Positions 18,596 to 28,985 are shown, numbered from the stretch's first letter. The stretch is DNA of 64,000 nt from Ignavibacteriota bacterium (GCA_016707525.1 JADJHP010000003.1:140677-204676); one strand, 5' to 3'. Made by a program: numbers and translations. Notes: a model not told the origin generated them from the letters alone.

Positions 18596-21160
18596 ATGAA
18601 GTCCTTGCACGTGTTTTTGATCCACCTCGCAGTCGCCAGTATCCTCCCCGCGGAAGCTGGAGCAACCGACAGTTCAGCGGTCACCCCTTCCCGCACCTAT
18701 ACAACCGTTCGTCTGACCACGGCACCCCCTGAGATCGATGGATCCCTGAGCGATGCGTGCTGGTCTGCCGGGACGTGGGCTGGCGACTATGTCCAGTGGC
18801 TGCCCCGGGAAGGGGCAAAGCCCTCGCAACCGACATTCCTGAAAGTCCTGTATGACGACCACAACATCTATGTCGCCATTCGCGCCGTGGATACCATCGC
18901 TTCGGACATCACCGTCAGGCGCGGCAGGCGGGACCAGTTCATCGGCGATGTGGTCGGTATCAACTTTGATAGTTACCATGACCGGAGGACGGGGTTCGAA
19001 TTCAACCTCACGGCGGCCGGCCAGAAGATCGACCTGGTGCTCACCAACACCAACTGGGATGTGAACTGGAACGCGGTGTGGTTCGGCAAGACCGGCTTCG
19101 AGGATTCCGCCTGGACGGCGGAATACAGGATCCCGCTCAGCCAGTTGCGGTATAGCAGCGACTCCGTCCAGGTGTGGGGTATGCATGCGTGGCGTTGGAT
19201 CGACCGATTCCAGGAGGAGAGCGATTGGGAACCGCAGTCGTCCACCGGGCCCGGGGCGCTCTACCTGTTCGGTGAACTCCATGGACTTGCGGGGCTTCCT
19301 GCCCCGCAACGGATCGAGATCATGCCCTATGTCGTGACGCGACTGAAGACCTATCCGCATGATCCCCGGAACCCGTTCACCGCCTCCGGGCGGGAATGGT
19401 TCGGCGGCGTTGGTGGCGATGCGAAGATCGGGCTCTCGTCGAATTTCACCGCGGACGTGACCATCAATCCCGATTTCGGCCAGGTGGAAGCGGACCCATC
19501 GGTGATGAACCTCACCGCCTTTGAGACCTTCTACGACGAGCGCCGCCCCTTCTTCCTCGAAGGGCGGACGATCTTCAACGTGGATTATGATGATGGCTCA
19601 TTGTTCTATAGCCGACGGATCGGACGCCCGCCCGCGTATTCCCCCGCCGTTCCGCAGGGTGCCTCTGTCGATATGCCCGGCACCACGACCATCTTCAGCG
19701 CGGTGAAGGTGAGCGGCAAGACCGCGGACGGACTCGCCGTCGGCGTCCTCCAGAGCCTGACGGCCCGGGAATTTGCCACCATCGATTCAGCAGGAAGCCG
19801 CCGCGAAGCGGCGGTGGAACCACTGACAAGCTACACCTTCGCCCGCATACAGCAGGACTACAACAACAGTGCGACGATACTCGGTGGTGCCCTGGGCATG
19901 GTCAACCGGGCCATCAATGATCCTGCGCTTGAGATCCTCCCGCGCAATGCACTCACCGGCGGGCTGGATCTGCTCCACCAATGGGCAGACAAGGAATACT
20001 TCCTGGATGTGCGCCTGATCGGAAGCGCCGTCAACGGGAGCACCGCAGCGATAGAGCTGCTGCAACGTTCATCGGCGCGCTACTTCCAGCGTCCCGACGC
20101 CGGGTATCTCGGTGTCGACGGCACACGCACATCCCTGACCGGCCATGGCGGGAGTATCAGGGTCGGCAAGGGCAGCAAGGGGCTGTGGCGGTATGCAACG
20201 GGCATTCGCTGGCGCTCGCCCGGCCTGGAGATCAACGATCTCGGCTTCATGCAACAGGCGGACGTGATCGTGCAGGAGAATTCCGTTTCCTATTTCCTGA
20301 ACCAGCCGGCGGGGATCTTCCGCACGTACTCGCTCAAACTTAACGAGGCCAACACATGGGACTTTGGTGGAGAATTCCACTCCTCCGAGATCTCGCTCGA
20401 TGGTGAGTTCCAATTCCTCAATCAATGGGGGTTCGAGGTGAACGGCGAATACAGAACGGCGGGCATCGATACGCGCCTCCTGCGCGGCGGGCCTGGTATG
20501 CGCGTTCCCTCGACCTGGTCCGGCAATCTCTATGCGCATACGGACGGATCCGCGACGGTCGTCGGGAGTCTCCATGCCTCCTCCTCATGGACCACACACG
20601 AAGGTGGGAATGCCTGGTCTCTGGAGCCGACCCTGACCGTGACCCCTCACCAGACGTTGCGCGTCTCGGTGGGCTTGGAGTTCGCGGGCATGAGGAACGA
20701 GTTGCAGTACGTTGATACGCAGTATCCTTTCGGGGGGCCGACATACATCCTCGGGCGGGTCGACCAGCGCACGGTGATCGCAACCCTCAGGGCGGACTAC
20801 TGCATCACGCCGGAATTGACAATTCAATACTATGGCAGTCCATTCTCTTCCGTGGGCCGCTTCAGCGGATTCAAGATCGTCACGGCGCCGCGTGCCGAAC
20901 GCTACGAAGACCGCTTCACGTATGTCGCCGATCCTTCAACAGTGCAGGATCCGGACTTCGCGTTCAGTCAGTTCCGCTCCAACCTGGTCGCACGCTGGGA
21001 ATTCCGGCCGGGCTCGAATGTGTATCTCGTCTGGTCGCAGGACCGAACTGCCTTCGAGATGCCGGGCGATCCCTCTGCCGGCACAACCCTGGGGAACCTG
21101 CGATCTGTTGCACCAGAAAATGTCGTGATGCTGAAGTTCAGCTACTGGTTCGCTCTCTAG
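18596..21160 (+). CDS. secreted 854-aa protein, N-terminal CBM9-like domain plus large beta-rich domain (DUF5916-like)
   Basis: Signal peptide MKSLHVFLIHLAVASILPAEA. Family assignment made by resemblance only. Confidence 0.7.
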   Translation: MKSLHVFLIHLAVASILPAEAGATDSSAVTPSRTYTTVRLTTAPPEIDGSLSDACWSAGTWAGDYVQWLPREGAKPSQPTFLKVLYDDHNIYVAIRAVDTIASDITVRRGRRDQFIGDVVGINFDSYHDRRTGFEFNLTAAGQKIDLVLTNTNWDVNWNAVWFGKTGFEDSAWTAEYRIPLSQLRYSSDSVQVWGMHAWRWIDRFQEESDWEPQSSTGPGALYLFGELHGLAGLPAPQRIEIMPYVVTRLKTYPHDPRNPFTASGREWFGGVGGDAKIGLSSNFTADVTINPDFGQVEADPSVMNLTAFETFYDERRPFFLEGRTIFNVDYDDGSLFYSRRIGRPPAYSPAVPQGASVDMPGTTTIFSAVKVSGKTADGLAVGVLQSLTAREFATIDSAGSRREAAVEPLTSYTFARIQQDYNNSATILGGALGMVNRAINDPALEILPRNALTGGLDLLHQWADKEYFLDVRLIGSAVNGSTAAIELLQRSSARYFQRPDAGYLGVDGTRTSLTGHGGSIRVGKGSKGLWRYATGIRWRSPGLEINDLGFMQQADVIVQENSVSYFLNQPAGIFRTYSLKLNEANTWDFGGEFHSSEISLDGEFQFLNQWGFEVNGEYRTAGIDTRLLRGGPGMRVPSTWSGNLYAHTDGSATVVGSLHASSSWTTHEGGNAWSLEPTLTVTPHQTLRVSVGLEFAGMRNELQYVDTQYPFGGPTYILGRVDQRTVIATLRADYCITPELTIQYYGSPFSSVGRFSGFKIVTAPRAERYEDRFTYVADPSTVQDPDFAFSQFRSNLVARWEFRPGSNVYLVWSQDRTAFEMPGDPSAGTTLGNLRSVAPENVVMLKFSYWFAL

Positions 21161-21840
21161 GGAGCATCCGTTCACCCTGCATGTTAGCCCATCCGGGCGG
21201 TCAGTTCTTCCTCGCTCGATCCGCCCGGCAGCGGGCGCATTGCGTTCACCCCCCCCCCTCAAGCCTCATTGCCGGCGGTCTGCCCCACTTCCGGGCTCCC
21301 CGTTTCCCATCCGTGATGCGAGTGATTAACTACATTTTCAATCTTCCGGACGATGCCCGAATGTGGCGTTTCCTCTATTATACAGCAGCCCTCAGGCCAG
21401 ACGAAGGACGTTGGGAGTATGTCCATGGCGGACCGCGATCATGCTCGGCGATCGAAAGGGTCACTCGTGTGCTCCTCAGAGCGAAAAGTCTTCAGGGCTA
21501 CACATTGATCAGCCTCGATGGGAACATCGGGAAGGTCAACCATCGATCCAATTCCTTGCGGAGTAGCACGTGAACAATACCGATCCGGTTCGCTCAATTC
21601 CAGTTGTCACTGAGGGCCCACAGCCTGGTCGCGGAGCCGGCCAGGATGCAGGCCCGGATCAGCAGAGGAAGGCGGTCACCGTCCCCACGGTGTTGCGCCT
21701 CTCCGTGTTTGAAACGATGGCCCCCCTCCCTCCGCGAGAACAGATCCGGGAGATCGCATGTTCACCCCGTGGTCCTGTGGCTAAAATCCATCTATCGGAG
21801 CATGCGCCGTTGGTTGCACTTGTCTCCTATTCAGCAGGTC

Positions 21841-22431
21841 ATGAAGATCATCGAGCAACAGGGTACCCGCCTCAAGGACCTGACGGTTCTCGAGGCGTTC
21901 GCAGGTGATGGTCAGATGCAGGTGGTCGACTATCACAGGCAGGTCGCGCACGTGTCGCTCTGGGAGTGGGGGACGGCGAAGATCGCGAAGTTGAAGAAGC
22001 AGTTCCCGGGGGCACGTGTCGTGCAGATCGATACCTTCGAACAGATCAAGGTCGAGACGGAGTCGTATGACATTGTCGTGCTGGATGCTTCGCCAAAATC
22101 CGGAGATCACTGGGAGGTCTTCGATCTCTTCCCCTGGGCATTGAACCTGCTACGGCAACAGACGGGGGTCATCGTCTGCACGATAATGGCGGAAAGGAAT
22201 CCAGCGCTCCTGAAGCAATACCCCGAATGTGGTACAGAAGCTCATCGCGCGGCACGTGCACAGTTCTACGGGATCCCGCTCGCATCTTCGGATGCGCTGT
22301 CCGAAGGATCCATCCGCAGGGCGTTCGAGGCCATGGCCGGGGAGAAGGGCCTGGCCATCGGATGGGCGCATCTCATACCCCGTAACGCCTATGCCGCATA
22401 CTTCGTGTTCAGCATTCACCCTGCGGTCTGA
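21841..22431 (+). CDS. hypothetical protein (possible Rossmann/SAM-methyltransferase-like fold)
   Basis: Internal ATG of ORF 21604..22431, chosen because the upstream part is low complexity. VLEAFAGDGQ resembles MTase motif I. Weak call. Confidence 0.4.
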   Translation: MKIIEQQGTRLKDLTVLEAFAGDGQMQVVDYHRQVAHVSLWEWGTAKIAKLKKQFPGARVVQIDTFEQIKVETESYDIVVLDASPKSGDHWEVFDLFPWALNLLRQQTGVIVCTIMAERNPALLKQYPECGTEAHRAARAQFYGIPLASSDALSEGSIRRAFEAMAGEKGLAIGWAHLIPRNAYAAYFVFSIHPAV

Positions 22432-22509
22432 CCGCACGGACCGGGCACGCGTTGGTGACTCTGCCGTCCGTTCGATATCCTGCATTCGGCCGGGAGGGTC
22501 TCCCCCCGG

Positions 22510-23502
22510 TCAAGCCATTTTTGCCGGAGCCGCCCGGGCGTACTTCGCCCGGTACTGCACCGGCGACAGGCCGGTGATCTTCTTGAAGGTCGTACGAAAT
22601 GCTTTGGTGTCGGTGTACCCCGTCCGCTCCATGACCTCGGTGATGCCCGCCCGTGACCGCTCGAGATGCATCTTCGCAGATTCCACTTTCACCCGTTGCA
22701 TGTACTCCACGACCGTGTTGGACGTCGCCTTCTTGAACCGGCGTTCCAGATTCCGCCGGCTGAGGGCGACCATGTCCGCAAGGGAGGCCACGGTGACGCG
22801 CTTCTGCACGTTCCGCTCGATATACTCCTGGACCTTCCGGACGGCAACATCCTCATGTCCCTTCTGTCCCTTGAACATGAAGTAAGACGCCTGGCTCACG
22901 CGGTCGATCTCGATCTCATAGTACTTTGCGATGAGCACAGCCAGAGGGCGGTCCACATACTTCTCCACGAGGTACAACAGAAGATTCCAGAATGAGTTCG
23001 CTCCGCCGCTGGAGTAGAGGCCATTCTCGTCAGTGATCACCCTGTCCGATACCAGGTCCACCTCCGGATACATGGCGCGGAACTGCTGGTCCGCTGACCA
23101 GTGCGTTGAGCACTTCTTTCCATCAAGCAGCCCTGTCCCCGCGAGGAGGAACGCACCCACGCACAGGCTCGCAACTTCGGCCCCCTGTTCATGCTGTGAC
23201 CGGATCCACGGAAAGAACGGACTGTTGTTCGTTACGACCTCTTCCATATCCCCGTTCACCGGAGGAATGATGATAAGGTCCGTGTGCGACACCGACCGTA
23301 CCGAAGCATCGGGCTGCACAGCGAACACCCCATCATAGGTCCGGGGAACCTTCGTGAGTGCCACCAGGTTGACATCAAAGCGGGGCCGTTCCCCCCGCCC
23401 CTCCAGGAAGGTGTTCGCGAGGAGAAAGGTCTTGCGTGCGCCCTCGATGCAACCGACGACGGCTGCACCTTCAGGCAACAGTATGGACACATGATGTTTC
23501 AT
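22510..23502 (-). CDS. AraC-family transcriptional regulator with N-terminal DJ-1/PfpI (GlxA-type) domain
   Basis: MKHHVSILLPEG.. DJ-1-like N-terminus; C-terminal AraC HTH (TVASLADMVALSRRNLERRFKK..TGYTDTKAFRTTFKKITGLSPVQYR); start re-picked at ATG 23502. Confidence 0.8.
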   Translation of the reverse strand: MKHHVSILLPEGAAVVGCIEGARKTFLLANTFLEGRGERPRFDVNLVALTKVPRTYDGVFAVQPDASVRSVSHTDLIIIPPVNGDMEEVVTNNSPFFPWIRSQHEQGAEVASLCVGAFLLAGTGLLDGKKCSTHWSADQQFRAMYPEVDLVSDRVITDENGLYSSGGANSFWNLLLYLVEKYVDRPLAVLIAKYYEIEIDRVSQASYFMFKGQKGHEDVAVRKVQEYIERNVQKRVTVASLADMVALSRRNLERRFKKATSNTVVEYMQRVKVESAKMHLERSRAGITEVMERTGYTDTKAFRTTFKKITGLSPVQYRAKYARAAPAKMA

Positions 23503-23676
23503 CGGCTGCACCTTGCTCGAAGCGATGGACGTTGTGACGGTAGTGCAAGTATAGCGAACGCGTGTGTCGCATTCAACCCCCAAGAATGCCGTTTTTGCAC
23601 CTTGCGCAATTGCCCCCAGAGTGACACATTGCGACATAGCCGGCATCACCCGGCACAATCATCAAGAGGAGGACAC

Positions 23677-24111
23677 ATGAAGATCACTGTTTCCACTGCA
23701 ATTGCAGCTCCGCTCGCTGACGTGTGGCGCGCCTATACGACACCGGAGGATATCAAGGCCTGGAACGCAGCGTCTCCGGATTGGCATACAACCGCCGCTG
23801 CGGTTGATCTTCGCGTGGGTGGAACGTTCACCTCCCGCATGGAGGCCAAAGATGGCTCGTCCGGCTTTGACTTTGCCGGAGAGTACACCGCGATCATTCC
23901 CCTGCAACGGATCGCATACACGTTCGGGGGGCGCGTCGGCGTTGTCGAGTTCGTTGATGGCCCGACCGGCGTCACCGTGAGAGTGACATTCGATAGTGAA
24001 GAAACGCATACCGAGGAACAGCAGCGTGCCGGCTGGCAGGCTATCCTGGACAATTTTTCTCGCCATATGATATCGCTGACTGCGGGCGGGAAGGATGCCA
24101 CGGCACGCTGA
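23677..24111 (+). CDS. SRPBCC (AHSA1/polyketide-cyclase-like) family protein
   Basis: 144 aa, MKITVSTAIAAPLADVWRAYTTPEDIKAWN; RBS AAGAGGAGGA before ATG 23677. Confidence 0.7.
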   Translation: MKITVSTAIAAPLADVWRAYTTPEDIKAWNAASPDWHTTAAAVDLRVGGTFTSRMEAKDGSSGFDFAGEYTAIIPLQRIAYTFGGRVGVVEFVDGPTGVTVRVTFDSEETHTEEQQRAGWQAILDNFSRHMISLTAGGKDATAR

Positions 24112-24180
24112 TGGGCAGACGGGGCGCACCATGGAACTGACGAGACCCACCAGTTGACAACCAGGGACACGGAGAAGCGC

Positions 24181-24764
24181 ATGAGAGCTCTCAAGATCTT
24201 CGAACACATTTCGCTGGACGGTGTGATCCAGATCTCCGGCGAAGCAAGCGATTTCCCCTATGGCGACTGGACCGCCCCTATCGGAGTCCCGCTGGCCGGG
24301 ATGCGGTCACTGCCGCGCAGGGGGGGAGGTTCGATCTCCTGCTCGGCCGTCGCACGTACGATATCTGGTCAGGCTACTGGCCGCACGCGCCGGCCAGCCC
24401 GATCGCGGACGGCATCAATGCCGCAACGAAGTACATCGTCACGCAGCATCCGGAGAGTCTTGCATGGGGACCCTTCGAGGGCCTTGGCCCGGATACCGCT
24501 GCAAGTGTTCGCCGCATCAAGTCGCTAGCCGGTCCGGATCTTATCCTCTGGGGGAGCGCCACGCTGACTTCGACGTTGCTCGAACAGGGGTTGGTGGATG
24601 AAGTCACGCTGATCGTCTATCCCGTCCTGTTGGGCACCGGAAAACGCTTCTTCGCGGAGGGAACCCCCGCACGTGCATTCGAGCTTGTCAGCACAAAGGC
24701 TTTCCCGTCCGGGATCGTCTTCAGCACCTACAAGGTCTCCGGGCCTCTGATGAACGGATGATCC
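24181..24764 (+). pseudogene. dihydrofolate-reductase-family (RibD C-terminal domain) protein interrupted by a frameshift in a G7 run at 24320-24326
   Basis: The N-terminal frame (MRALKIFEHISLDGVIQ..) ends out of frame. The rest (GRFDLLLGRRTYDIWSGYWPH..EVTLIVYPVLLGTGKRFF) is in the +1 frame to 24764. Adding one G restores a single protein of about 195 aa. Confidence 0.7.
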
Positions 24765-24836
24765 GACAACGCGGCTTCGTCCATGACACTATGGACGTCG
24801 TACTCTCTCACTCCCTATCACCGAAAGGCACCGTGC

Positions 24837-25391
24837 ATGGCACAGCTCACCGTCTTCAACTTCATCACAGTGAACGGCGCCTACAAGGGTCCGGGCGGAG
24901 ACATCCAGTGGCACAGACATGGTGCTGAAGAACAGGAGTATGCCGCCAAAGGGGCGAACTCGCCGAGCACGCTGCTCTTTGGACGGAAGACCTACCAGAT
25001 GATGGCCTCCTGGTGGCCGACCCCGATGGCGTTGCAGAGCATGCCGGACGTGGCCCGCGGGATGAATGCATCGCAGAAGATCGTCTTCTCCCGGACGTTG
25101 AAGAAGGCAGCATGGGAGAACACCAGGCTCATTGCCACCGATCCGGTCAGGGCGATCAAGCGGATGAAGAAGGACGGGAAGGACCCCCTCACGATCCTCG
25201 GAAGCGGGAGCATCGTTACCCTGTGTGCGGAACACGGGCTCATCGATGAATATCAGATCATGGTGGATCCGGTGCTCATCGGATCAGGAACGCCGATCGC
25301 GAAGGCCCTGACACACCATGTGGATCTGAGACTCGTGTCACACAGAGTGTTCACCAGCGGAGTAGTCCTCCTGCGGTATCAACCCCGGTAA
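24837..25391 (+). CDS. dihydrofolate-reductase-family (RibD_C) protein, paralog 2
   Basis: MAQLTVFNFITVNGAYKGPGGD..ILGSGSIV..YQIMVDPVLIGSG. Confidence 0.75.
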   Translation: MAQLTVFNFITVNGAYKGPGGDIQWHRHGAEEQEYAAKGANSPSTLLFGRKTYQMMASWWPTPMALQSMPDVARGMNASQKIVFSRTLKKAAWENTRLIATDPVRAIKRMKKDGKDPLTILGSGSIVTLCAEHGLIDEYQIMVDPVLIGSGTPIAKALTHHVDLRLVSHRVFTSGVVLLRYQPR

Positions 25392-25547
25392 GCAGGTCGC
25401 TCCTGCCAGGAGCGACACTACCCCGGGGGGGGCGTTACTTCACGTGAAGGCACTGGTCCGCTGTTTCCAGGATCGCATCACGTTCTCCCCGCCGATCCGC
25501 GTTGCAGGACCGGAGACCTGCACGCCGGGGGAAGGGGGGAAAGAAGA

Positions 25548-25577
25548 CAGGCCGCCGGTACATCATACCGGCGGCCT
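25548..25577 (-). terminator. terminator-like hairpin downstream of the minus-strand OMP operon
   Basis: GGCCGCCGGT-ACATCAT-ACCGGCGGCC, perfect 10-bp stem. The minus strand reads U/C-rich after it. Confidence 0.4.
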
Positions 25578-25600
25578 GTGGGCTGGACTGCAGGGGGATC

Positions 25601-26833
25601 TCAGAAGTAGATGATCGCCGAAACGCTCACCATCTGCGAAAGGTACTCACTGGTGGCGGTATTCGTTGCCGTCATCGCGAACTTCTGCTCCCAACTCGTC
25701 TGGGAATAGGTCACATCAAGTGCTATCGCACCGCCGATGAAACCGGTACCGACGCTGAAGCCTGTGCCCGCGACCTGTCCATCGGGCTTATCATTGACAT
25801 CCCAGTTGGCGCGCAGTGTTGGCACCGTATGGAAGCCGGCCCTCACCGGGATGACTCCTGCACGGGTCACGATAAGATACTCAGCGCCCACGCGGATCTG
25901 ATTCAGGTCCTGCTCACTGGCACTCAACTTGATCGTGTCCTGGCGCTCGATCCCCGCCTGGGTCCGCCCCTTCCGGTACAGTTTGCGGTCACCGTAGAGC
26001 CGCGATTCGAAGTCGAACGCAATGGTCAGATTCTCACCGATGCGCCCAGAAGCACCGACGCCGAACATGAGCGGGACCTGGACCGAATTCTCGAAGCTCC
26101 CCTGCTCATCCACCCGCGTACCGGTGCTCCATTTGTAGTCGCCCTCCACCTTCAGATCGAAGGGTGTCCGCACGGTCGCCCCGACCTTGATCGGCACCGG
26201 GGTCTTCATTCCTTCAAAGTCGATCAGCAGGCCTGCCGTGAAATTCAGGCCTTTGTACGAGCCATTGTTCTCATCGAAGCCGAACGGTGTTGTACCCTTG
26301 GTCGTGGTCTTATTGTCGAAGTTGCCCAGCCAGATATTCGCCGTGCCGCCCACGTAGATCATCGGATGCAGCTTGATGCCGATGCCCGGGGTCAGGGTGT
26401 TGGCGCCACCATTCGATTCGTACTCCTCGTCATTCACATCATACTTCTGAAAGCTGTCGAGTTGCTTCTGGAACGCAACGGCAGGGACGATGTTGATCTT
26501 GCCGGCATGCAAGGGGAACGCGATACTTGCGAAGTTGTACGTGAAATGCGACTGGTTGATCGAGTAGTTCACCGCCGGGCGGGTCGGGTTCTCATACTTG
26601 AACTGCTCGCCGATCCACCGTCCGACCACCGAGAACTCCGAACGCTCGAGCTGTCCGAGTCCTGCCGGGTTCCACGAGATCGCCGTGGCATCATCCGCCA
26701 ACCCGATGAATGCACCACCCAAGCCCTCTGCGCGCGCGCCGGCGCCCGTGACGTTCCAATCTTCCTGCGCAACGGCAGGCAATGCCACGAGGATCGACAG
26801 TGCGACAACAATGAGTATCATGCGGACCTGCAT
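25601..26833 (-). CDS. outer-membrane beta-barrel protein (FadL/PorV-like, C-terminal F)
   Basis: Signal peptide MQVRMILIVVALSILVALPAVAQE; alternating amphipathic strands; ends SAIIYF. Confidence 0.75.
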   Translation of the reverse strand: MQVRMILIVVALSILVALPAVAQEDWNVTGAGARAEGLGGAFIGLADDATAISWNPAGLGQLERSEFSVVGRWIGEQFKYENPTRPAVNYSINQSHFTYNFASIAFPLHAGKINIVPAVAFQKQLDSFQKYDVNDEEYESNGGANTLTPGIGIKLHPMIYVGGTANIWLGNFDNKTTTKGTTPFGFDENNGSYKGLNFTAGLLIDFEGMKTPVPIKVGATVRTPFDLKVEGDYKWSTGTRVDEQGSFENSVQVPLMFGVGASGRIGENLTIAFDFESRLYGDRKLYRKGRTQAGIERQDTIKLSASEQDLNQIRVGAEYLIVTRAGVIPVRAGFHTVPTLRANWDVNDKPDGQVAGTGFSVGTGFIGGAIALDVTYSQTSWEQKFAMTATNTATSEYLSQMVSVSAIIYF

Positions 26834-26863
26834 ACGCTCTCCTGGGATGAGGGGGAATGAGGA

Positions 26864-28045
26864 TTATTTCACTACGATCTTGTCGCCGACCTTGATCGCC
26901 TGTTCCTTGTCCACGACGCGCACCTGCGCAACCTTCTGCTGCACCTGCACCACCACCAATTCGCCGAGCTTGGTCACCTGATGGCCAAGGACCTCACCGG
27001 TGGATGGGTGCTTGATCTCCTTCCCTTCGCGGAACGCGACGCATTTCGATCCTTTGCGCACGCCTTTGAGCGAACCCACATCGACGTAGAACGTATCGCC
27101 TTCCAGACTGACGATGAACCCTTCAACGATCGGCAGTTCATTGTAGATCATGATCGCGAGCGCATCCACCGCCTTCTCAAAATCCTCGACGTCGGAGCCC
27201 TCGACCTGCTCGCTGCGCGCAACGATGGTCTCTCCGGTCTCGGTGTCGATGATCCGCGCACTCACCTTGCCGCCGTCACGGGATTGAATGGCCGACGTGA
27301 GGATGATCGCGTCAGCACCTGCGATCTTGCCTACCTGCACGGCCGTTGCCTCATCCACGGCCCCGGAGACCTGCAACTGTTGCTCCGAGAGAACCTTGTC
27401 GAGCGCTGCACGTTCGATCACCTTGAACCGGCGGAGGTTGACGAGCTGGGTCACCATCTTGTCGGTGAGCGCATCCCCATACTGTTCCAGATCGCCCTTC
27501 AGGGTGATGGGGATGACGCCCACGCCAAGGCGTGAACCAACCTGTGTGACCCTGGACGGATCGTAGGTCAGCGCTCCCACGGGGAGCGTCCCCGTCCGAT
27601 TCGTTTCCATGCGCGAACGGTCGGCAGTGTCGTCCTCCGTGCGGGTCCGCGACGGTTTCCCTGGCTTCGTCGCCAGAGGGGCCGGACCGGTCCCCCGGAT
27701 CAGATCGATATACTCGCTCGCCCGTTCACTCGACGTGTATGCCGCCGAGAGTTCGAGTTCCTTCAATGCTGCCTGGTTCTCGCCAAGGAAATAGTGACAG
27801 ACGCCGATCTCTCGATGAGGGAAATACTCGATGAACCGCGTCCCGTAGGTGCGCTTGCGGGAGGCATCCTCGAATTCCAGGGACATGGCACTGCGGAATT
27901 CCTGGATCGCCCGGAGCCAATCCTTCTTCTCGACGTAGTCCATCCCATCGGAATAATACTGATAGAACTTGGATTGGCCCGCAGCGGCACTTGACGCGAT
28001 GATAAGAAGACATACTGCGGCGAACGCAGACTTTCGCAGGGTCAT
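26864..28045 (-). CDS. CsgG/HfaB-like lipoprotein with N-terminal helical region and C-terminal beta domain
   Basis: Signal MTLRKSAFAAVCLLIIASSAAAG. CsgG-like core VGVIPITLKGD..LVNLRRFKVIERAALDKVLSEQQLQVSG..GKIAGADAIILTS. 30-bp gap to the OMP gene (operon). Confidence 0.65.
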   Translation of the reverse strand: MTLRKSAFAAVCLLIIASSAAAGQSKFYQYYSDGMDYVEKKDWLRAIQEFRSAMSLEFEDASRKRTYGTRFIEYFPHREIGVCHYFLGENQAALKELELSAAYTSSERASEYIDLIRGTGPAPLATKPGKPSRTRTEDDTADRSRMETNRTGTLPVGALTYDPSRVTQVGSRLGVGVIPITLKGDLEQYGDALTDKMVTQLVNLRRFKVIERAALDKVLSEQQLQVSGAVDEATAVQVGKIAGADAIILTSAIQSRDGGKVSARIIDTETGETIVARSEQVEGSDVEDFEKAVDALAIMIYNELPIVEGFIVSLEGDTFYVDVGSLKGVRKGSKCVAFREGKEIKHPSTGEVLGHQVTKLGELVVVQVQQKVAQVRVVDKEQAIKVGDKIVVK

Positions 28046-28298
28046 GGTGATCTCACGGGATTGAAGTGGTACAACGAAGATACGTGAATCGCGCTCTCAT
28101 GTCAATGGTCCCCCGCTTCCCCGGACCCACTCCCAGCACCCATTTTGGGCGCTTTTGGAGGGATCTCGCCCGGGCACCGTGGTCACGCAATGTGGAGACG
28201 GCAGATCTGCCGCCCCGGAGGGGTGGTTGCACGATCGTAGAATCGTTATCTTGGTAGAGATCGCTCACACGACACTTCACACACCGGGGGATGATCCG

Positions 28299-28985
28299 AT
28301 GCGCCCACATATTATTTGCCACATGGCCTCATCCATTGACGGCCGGATCGACGGCTCCACCCTTGCCTCCCTCATGGGGAAGGGCGAATACGAGCGCACC
28401 GGGGCCTCACTCCGCGGCGATGCATGGATCTGCGGGAGGACCACCATGCAGATGCACTTCGCGGAGAAACGGCGCTTCACTCCCCGCTCCCGCAAGCAAG
28501 CCGCTTCCCCATCGGTCCATGTCGCAACGCGCGCACGCTCCTATGCCATCGCGGTCGACACCAGGGGAACACTTCCGTGGGCAGGAAATGACATCGATGG
28601 GGACCATCTCCTCTGTATCACGAGTGAACGCGTGACTCTGGAGTACCTTGCGGACCTGAGGAAGAAGAAGATCTCCTACATCGTCACGGGAGGGATAGGG
28701 GTGGATCTCGGAAAAGCGGTACGCCTTCTCCGGAAGCACTTCGGGATCAAGCGGCTTCTTCTTGAGGGAGGTGGACACATCAACGGAGGCTTCATGCAGG
28801 CCCGGCTCATCGACGAGATCAGTCTCCTGCTCATCCCCGGGATCGACGGACGGGCAGGAGTCCCAACAGTGTTCGACGGCGTGGGGCCGGAGCACACGCA
28901 TGCCGTTCCCCTGCGCCTGACGTCCGTCACGAAGCGGAAGAACGGCACCCTCTGGCTCCGCTACACGGTCCTGAACAAGAAGTAG
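28299..28985 (+). CDS. dihydrofolate-reductase-family (RibD_C) protein, paralog 3
   Basis: MRPHIICHMASSIDGRIDGST..LLLEGGGHINGGF; start re-picked at ATG 28299. Confidence 0.75.
   Translation: MRPHIICHMASSIDGRIDGSTLASLMGKGEYERTGASLRGDAWICGRTTMQMHFAEKRRFTPRSRKQAASPSVHVATRARSYAIAVDTRGTLPWAGNDIDGDHLLCITSERVTLEYLADLRKKKISYIVTGGIGVDLGKAVRLLRKHFGIKRLLLEGGGHINGGFMQARLIDEISLLLIPGIDGRAGVPTVFDGVGPEHTHAVPLRLTSVTKRKNGTLWLRYTVLNKK

Noticed and set aside
25502-26860. 452-aa plus-strand ORF
   Set aside because: Antisense to the OMP gene, whose signal peptide and C-terminal Phe are convincing; the composition is Arg-rich junk.
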